The notes under the pieces were generated by a model. That model was given only the letters and a program-made list of their open reading frames with translations. It had not been told where the DNA came from and ran no database searches. Below, piece by piece: positions 56,324 to 64,000 of a DNA stretch of 64,000 nucleotides. The translations under genes were made by a program, and so were the position numbers. Position 1 is the first letter of the stretch, and each line of letters opens with the position of its first letter. The stretch lies in contig OX597818.1 in assembly GCA_951406725.2 (NCBI GenBank), positions 41,168,001 to 41,232,000 on the forward strand, in the 5' to 3' direction. Source of the DNA: Octopus vulgaris. Lineage: Eukaryota.

Positions 56324-56578
56324 GCGACAGGCTTCTTTTAGTTTCCATCAACTAAATCCATTCACAACAAATATTTGGTGGGCCACCATGACTGACCGCT
56401 AAATGTACAAGTTTTTTTTTTTATATTTTCTCTCTGTTTATTTCCTTGTGTTCCTTTCTGTTGGGGAGCGTAGGCTCCAAACGTAAAAGACTTTCTCACC
56501 TTCCAGAGCGTCAAACTAATACACCTGCTTGTTGTTTATACACCTGTCTTCGTCTTTTATTTTTCTGTAAATTTCAAC

Positions 56579-56631
<53 letters not shown>

Positions 56632-56757
56632 GGTTTGGAGGTGATGTACAGGTATTATATATTAGAAAAAAATAAGGTACTCAGAGATCTGGGTGGTTGT
56701 ACACTTACAGATTTTTATTAGTATATCACATGTTTTTATAGATCATATATAGATCAT

Positions 56758-57160
56758 AGGCGCAGGAGTGGCTGTGTGGTAAGTAGCTTGTTTACCAACC
56801 ACATGGTTCTGGGTTCAGTCCCACTGCGTGGCATCTTGGGCAAGTGTCTTCTACTATGGCCTCGGGCCGACCAAAGCCTTGTGAGTGGATTTGGTAGACG
56901 GAAACTGAAAGAAGCCCGTCGTATATATGTATATATATAGGCGTGTGTGTGTTTGTGTGTCTGTGTTTGTCCCCCTAACATTCCTTGACAACCGATGCTG
57001 GTGTGTTTATTCCCCGTCACTTAGCTGTTCGGCAAAAGAGACCGATATAATAAGTACTGGGCTTACAAAGAATAAGTCCCGGGGTCGAGTTACTCGATTA
57101 AAGGTGGTGCTCCAGCATGGCCGCAGTCAAATGACTGAAACAAGTAAAAGAGAAAAGAGA
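56758..57160 (+). mobile_element. SINE family B, full length
   Basis: Shows the complete head, internal microsatellite and tail organisation. Confidence 0.85.
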
Positions 57161-57696
57161 GAAAGAGATATATTAGCGCTTACATCTACTCTAGTAGATT
57201 CTTCAGATTTGCCGAAGAATCTGATTTGTGTTATATATCTAAGCATCCTTTCTCGGGCAGTTTGCAACTGTGCTTCTTGTAAATCCAGAGTTTAAGCTAA
57301 ATTAACACTTGTAAACAAATATCAATTTTTTTAAGCGAGCAGTTGATAAATAATTGCACTTAGGCGTATGCGATGGTCGCTATTAAAAACTTAGTTCAAT
57401 AAAAAAAATACTTTTCAATATCAACACGACTAAAACCGTTCAAAGCGGAGTCCAGGAATGGTCGCAGTCCAATGACTGACACAAGTAAAAGGTAGAAGAC
57501 GTAACGCTTGCCGCAGTTGCAGCCAGCAACGAATTTTATGAACACCAATGGATGTTTTTGGTTTTTTGCCAATTGGAAGAGATTCAGTAGTTAAGCGCAT
57601 AAGAGAATCATTAAATTTACAAGGTACCTAGAAATGTTTAAGTATTTGTAATGAATGCAGTGTTTAGAATGGATATCGTTGTGGTCTGTTTTGTAT

Positions 57697-57727
<31 letters not shown>

Positions 57728-57920
57728 TTTGTATTTGATACATTGTTCCTTTCCTTACTGGTCAAATTCCTTTCATCTTCATCGCCTTTAAGCATTTAAG
57801 CAGGAAAGAAAATACAAGACTAACTATCATTTGTCTATGTGTGTAAGAAAGTTTAATGCTAATTGCCTACGTTTGTATCCATACATACGTACATTAGTTG
57901 TTGGTGTTATTATTATTGTT

Positions 57921-57985
<65 letters not shown>

Positions 57986-58074
57986 CCTCATCATCATCAT
58001 CCTCATCACCATCATCAATAACCTCCCGCATTTGTTTTTATAGTGTCATGTATTTCATGGATAGATAATGAGTG

Positions 58075-58105
<31 letters not shown>

Positions 58106-58109
58106 ATGT

Positions 58110-58165
<56 letters not shown>

Positions 58166-58973
58166 GTGTGTGTGTGTGTATAAAATACAAAATGTGACAA
58201 GAACGCAATACATCCGGAGAGTTAGGTGATACAAAAATGGGACAACAAAACATCCCGATAGACGATACAAAGAAAACAAGTTTTGCTTCCTCAGTCGAGT
58301 ACCAGATTATCTTCGCAATTTCGGCTGAAATCTCGAAATTGCTCCAATCTGGCCAACCCCAAGGAAAATCTAAGCTAAGAGCATTAGATTCCTTGGAAGA
58401 AAGCAGCTAATGTATACAAAAACAAGGACGGAAAAAACGGACAATGTCACATAAATACAATAAAATAATAACAGGACATAACAATAGGTGTTTTTCGACT
58501 AAAGACGAATTAAATTAAGCTGGCGTGTGTAGAAATGAAGCCTTAAGGCAGGGACACAAGATTTCACAGGCACAGGGAGGAATATCGATGTTGCACGGAC
58601 AATGGCCAGACCAAGAAAGAAAGATCAGGCTTGGCCGAACGGTGGTCACGTGGGAAGAGAAGAGAGAGAGGGGTAGAGGCAGAGGGACAGAAGAATTAAC
58701 AACATATATGTTATATGTATGTTAATACTTTTTTCATAGTATTTGATTAATTGCAACTCACAAACACGAATTCATATGCACACACAGGTAGTATATAAAT
58801 AGTGTGTGCGTATGCATGTATGTATACGTATATATATACGTATATGGTGATATATATATATATATGCTGATATATATATATATATAACAAAACACAATTC
58901 TCAAACACAAATATACATGTATAATCCCTATATATGTGTGTGCGTATGCATGTATGTATACGTATATATATAC

Positions 58974-59063
<90 letters not shown>

Positions 59064-59098
59064 AATGAAAGAATGGAGTTGAACGAGGAATTAACAAA

Positions 59099-59186
59099 AT
59101 TCCTTTATTCTCGACATATGTTTCGAATATATATCGAAGGAATAAAGGGTGCATTATGCCGCCTTCTCATCAGGAAAAACAAGGAA
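59099..59186 (-). ncRNA. Hammerhead-ribozyme-like motif with intact core
   Basis: The minus strand reads ttccttgtttttc CTGATGA gaagg...ttc GAAA C ATAT G TC gagaataaaggaa. Confidence 0.6.
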
Positions 59187-59271
59187 CTTATGTTAGCATC
59201 AAGATGAACAAAAACTTTTAGATGATGCCCACACGGAGCCCATAGCTATATATACACATACACACACATAT

Positions 59272-59480
59272 ATTCTTTTACTTGTTTTAGTCATTTGACT
59301 GTGACCATGCTGGAGCACCGCCTTAAAGGGATTTAAGTCGGAGAAAGATCCCAGAACTTCTTTGTTGTAAGCCTAATATCTATTCTATCGATGTTATTTT
59401 GACGAACTGCTACGTTACAGAGACGTAAACACACACACACATCGGTTGTCAAGCGATGGTTGAGGGCAAACGCAGACACA
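59272..59480 (-). mobile_element. SINE family B tail half
   Basis: Reads CTTTTACTTGTTTTAGTCATTTGACTGTGACCATGCTGGAGCACCGCC...CATCGGTTGTCAAGCGATG. Confidence 0.75.
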
Positions 59481-59490
59481 CACACACATA

Positions 59491-59548
<58 letters not shown>

Positions 59549-60158
59549 CACATGTGCGTGTTTGTGTGCTTGTGCGTGCATGCGTGCGTATGCGTGTGTG
59601 TGTTTGTATGTATGCATGTATGTATGTATGTATTATGTATGTATGTAGGTGTGTATGTATGCATGTGTGTATTTGCACAAACACACACATACACATACAC
59701 ATATATTATGCAGTTGTGTAATTATATTGTGGCATGGCATGTCGTTCACAATTATCGAGCGTCTGCTAATTCTTCACAACTTTAAACCATACAGACTTCA
59801 TCACAGCTATTATATTCGAGGCAAACGCCATCCTTTGTTCTGTTACTGAAAACAGGAGTTCTTATTGTTTTGCCTCTATTGAAGACTGGATTAATTATTA
59901 ACGACAGTCACTGTAAACCGTAACATTGAAGAATGGTAGGTTTGATCAGTAAATGAATAGATGTTAATATTTTATACTGGGCAATTGTATGTGTGTGTTT
60001 TTTTATGTACGTCGGGACGAATGTCAGTATGTATGTATGTTTATGATCGTGTCTCTACGCGTGTGTGCATTTTTTCACATGTGTGTGCGCGTGTGTGTGA
60101 GTATATGTGTGTGCCTGTATGTGTGTGTGTGTGTGTGTGTATAAATATATATATATGT

Positions 60159-60326
60159 ATGGCAGATGAACGCACACCCAAACAGCAGTTTTATGGCGAT
60201 CTTACAGAGGGGAAACGCAATCGGTGTAAACCTAAAAAGGGGTTTAAGGACGGCATAAGGACTACCATGAAGTCACTCGAAATGGATCCAAAGGCCATAG
60301 AAACCTTTGCTTCGGATCGAGCTGTG
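60159..60326 (+). mobile_element. RTE-clade LINE C-terminal fragment
   Basis: MADERTPKQQFYGDLTEGKRNRCKPKKGFKDGIRTTMKSLEMDPKAIETFASDRAV matches the RTE end motif RMxDxRxPKQxxYGELxxGKRxxGxPxKRxKD...WExxAxDRxxW. Confidence 0.8.
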
Positions 60327-60944
60327 TATTATACTCAAGGGCGGACTATACTCGAGGATTTACGGTATATAAACAGCACTTTTGCTATGGAACACATAAA
60401 CACATAGATATAAGCACGAGGTTTATTGGTGAAACATTCCCATCAAAACTTCTACCAAGTGCACACATAACAGACATGACATAGTTTTTGGAACAGGAAA
60501 GAAAAATTCTGCATAGTCATTACATTTAGTTGCCCTGAATATGGGTACACCTCTTCAAAAATCAACAAGAAGGAGAATATCACTGGACATCTGCTTCAAA
60601 CCACTACCCTGATTCTAAATTTACATTGGTGCAATCAATTGTCTTAGTAAATGTCTAAGCTGCAATCTGGAGAAGCTCTGATTTTCCAGCAAAGCGCGAG
60701 AGCAGTTAAAACGAACTTTTTAGAGATACAATCAGTGAGTGGAAGAATAAAATTCAGCAAGGATTTCTTAAATTTCTCTATGAAATAACTATCATTGTTG
60801 TTATCCAAATCATAATGATGGCACTTGTATTTTTTAGTTAGAAACCAGCTCCCTTCTTCTAGAAAGAATACTAATAAATAAAGACGAAAAATCATATACA
60901 TACACATACATTCATATCGTACTATACCATACAAGCATACTATA

Positions 60945-61010
<66 letters not shown>

Positions 61011-61939
61011 TTTACAACTTTTAATGTTACTCAATCGATCACGATATCGGATTGCTAGCAAAACTTACGGGTCGTCTGCCGGTAAATAAATTAAGTCTCG
61101 TAGAACAAGTTACACAAACTTCCGTCGATTTAAGTGGGTGAGAAAAGATTCTATCTTTTATGGAAGCTTAACATAACAAGAAACCATTCACATGTGGTTT
61201 ATTTTATTTTCATACATACATACATACATACATGCATACATACATACATACATACATGCATATATATATATATATATATAATCGCTTAAATAAATGTAAT
61301 AGTGAAGTCAATGAAAGTAATTTCCGCCATGTTTTAGACTTTTGTGACCGAAGTCTTAAGTGTTGAGAACATTTTTTCAACAACCCTCAAGATACAAATG
61401 GAGATGGTAGTGATGGTAGTGTATGTATGTATGTATGTATGTATGTATGTATGTATGTATGTATGTATAGTTGTTTTATCTCCCTCAGTCACTTCATCTA
61501 CTAAACTCATCCCCCTTACACACAGAAAAACACGCACGCTTTCACATATACTCACACACAAACACATACATACACACATATTTTAACGTTTACTGTATTA
61601 AAATAAGAGCTTCTAATAGTTTCTTGTCATGAAGACTGGTGATTAGAAAGGTTATTATAATGTGTCTTGTGTCTCCAAGTAATCTTTGAACTCTGAGCAC
61701 ATTTTTTCAACAACCCTCAAGATCTGAACACATGAGCTCAGAGCCCGCAGAATGCTTATGTATGTATGTATGTATGTATGTATGTATTATGTATGTATGT
61801 ATGTATGTATGTATGTATGTATGTATGTATGTATGTATGTATGTATGTATGTATGTAGTATGTATGTGTATGTATACAAACATATATATATATATATATG
61901 TATACACACACATACACACATACATATCTATCTATCTAG

Positions 61940-61990
<51 letters not shown>

Positions 61991-62076
61991 CATATACACG
62001 TGCGAAAATACCGGAAAATATGTGTACGTGCACATAAGCGTTTATGTGCATATATACGTACATAAGTATATATACA

Positions 62077-62110
<34 letters not shown>

Positions 62111-62593
62111 CATACATACATACATACATACATACAACATACATATATACACCCAATCATTTACCAACAGCCTCTGGTCAAACATTACATTCTGTCTCTT
62201 TCACTCTCTTTCTCTCTTCTTCTATTTATCTATCTGTAACTTTATCTCTAGTTTAGAACAATCGTCGGACGATATCGTTTCGTTTTTGAAGGAAACTTCC
62301 TTGAGAGATGAATGGAGAGTACAGCTTCCATTTCGTATCTTACTCTAAGCAACTAGGCCTAGTGAAGCCTACCGTAGTAAAGAGGAAGAGGATCTCTGCG
62401 TGCGTACGTTTGAGATGCTAGAAATAACAACAAAGCTCCTTCAGATCGCTCCACACCACCCATTTAAAAAAGAATTAAATCATTGCACACTCATAGATAT
62501 ACAAAATGATTTGTTAGTCACGTTTGGTATCACTGTGACTATAAAATCTACTCTATCGCGGCTAGACAAGGGCTAAACAACAGCAGTAACATC

Positions 62594-62598
62594 CAGCA

Positions 62599-62629
<31 letters not shown>

Positions 62630-62636
62630 CAGTAGC

Positions 62637-62696
<60 letters not shown>

Positions 62697-62720
62697 GGTG
62701 GCGGCAGAAGCAGCAGTAGC

Positions 62721-62806
<86 letters not shown>

Positions 62807-62816
62807 CAGCAGCAGC

Positions 62817-62893
<77 letters not shown>

Positions 62894-62915
62894 CAGCAGC
62901 AGCAGCAGCAGTAGT

Positions 62916-62985
<70 letters not shown>
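62594..62985. repeat. (TAG)n/(CAG)n trinucleotide array
   Basis: Direct inspection. Confidence 0.95.
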
Positions 62986-63074
62986 ATTATATCGATGTTC
63001 GTTGAGCATGTATTGTGCTTGTAGTGTTACTGCTTCGCTTGACAAGGAAATTGGTTCTCGAACCCGACCGCAAT

Positions 63075-63134
<60 letters not shown>

Positions 63135-63441
63135 CAGTGTAAGGAAGAGACCCTAACTCGCAACTCCTCACTGTTCTATCATACAAATTCATTTATCACT
63201 AAATATCTGGCACAGCCGCCATTTCTATCATGTCTACTAATACCAAGATTTCAACTAGCACGGTATCTTACTCCGTCTCTTACTAATTTGGCACCATCTC
63301 TCCTTCCCTCACTCCCCTCTCTCTCACTTTCTCTTTTTTCTCTGTCTGTCTATCTCTCTATCTACCTCTTTCACACTCGCGCACTCTCTTTCTCTCTCTC
63401 TCTCTTTCTGCATCTTTAAATATAATACGCACACACACATT

Positions 63442-63519
<78 letters not shown>

Positions 63520-63606
63520 CATGCATGAATGTATGTGTGTGTGGTGTGTGTTTAATTACACACACACGTATATATATATACTGTATATATATATATATAT
63601 AAATAT

Positions 63607-63653
<47 letters not shown>

Positions 63654-63723
63654 GTATATATGTATATATATGTGCGTGTGTGTGCGTGTGTGTGCGTGTG
63701 TGTATATGTGTATATGTGTGTAC

Positions 63724-63756
<33 letters not shown>

Positions 63757-63799
63757 TGTATATGTATATATGTGTATGTCCATGTTATAGATGTCCATT

Positions 63800-63832
<33 letters not shown>

Positions 63833-64000
63833 CAACTTAACTAGTTATCTCTCTCTCTCTCTCTTTCTCTTTCCTTATTTATCCTGTGTCTCTCCCCATC
63901 TCTATATCTAATTACATCTATTTCTTACCCTAACCCTAACCGCTCACTTCATCCAGTACGTGACCAATTCTGAACAGGGCCATCGAAGAGCCAGTTAAAC

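Noticed and set aside
63928-63941. CCCTAACCCTAACC telomere-like motif
   Set aside because: Only about two units are present, which is too short to call an interstitial telomere.

Overview
Eukaryotic, AT-rich, microsatellite-saturated intronic or intergenic DNA. The SINE repertoire and simple-repeat density point to a coleoid cephalopod, most likely Octopus (inference, no database search). Almost all ORFs in the supplied track are translations of simple repeats. The only convincing host coding sequence is one 192-nt, phase 0/0 internal exon (47044-47235, +). It encodes the N-terminal LPKxPVP...NW segment of a choline/carnitine acyltransferase, most like choline acetyltransferase; no further exon of that gene and no VAChT ORF were found. 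The rest is mobile-element debris: about 35 copies or fragments of several tRNA-derived SINE families, a 5'-truncated Tx1/L1-type LINE with an open ORF abutting a (GATA)n array, a Penelope-like (GIY-YIG) relic joined to a rosa/DD41D-like Tc1/mariner relic, RTE fragments and hAT-like MITEs. Three signals stand out beyond these. First, at least six short microsatellite-flanked elements, from about four sequence families, carry minimal hammerhead-ribozyme folds. Second, a 57-bp intronic hairpin has mismatches strongly biased to G:U on the gene strand. Third, several inverted-repeat arrangements, including inverted SINEs bracketing the exon, could form dsRNA in the pre-mRNA.
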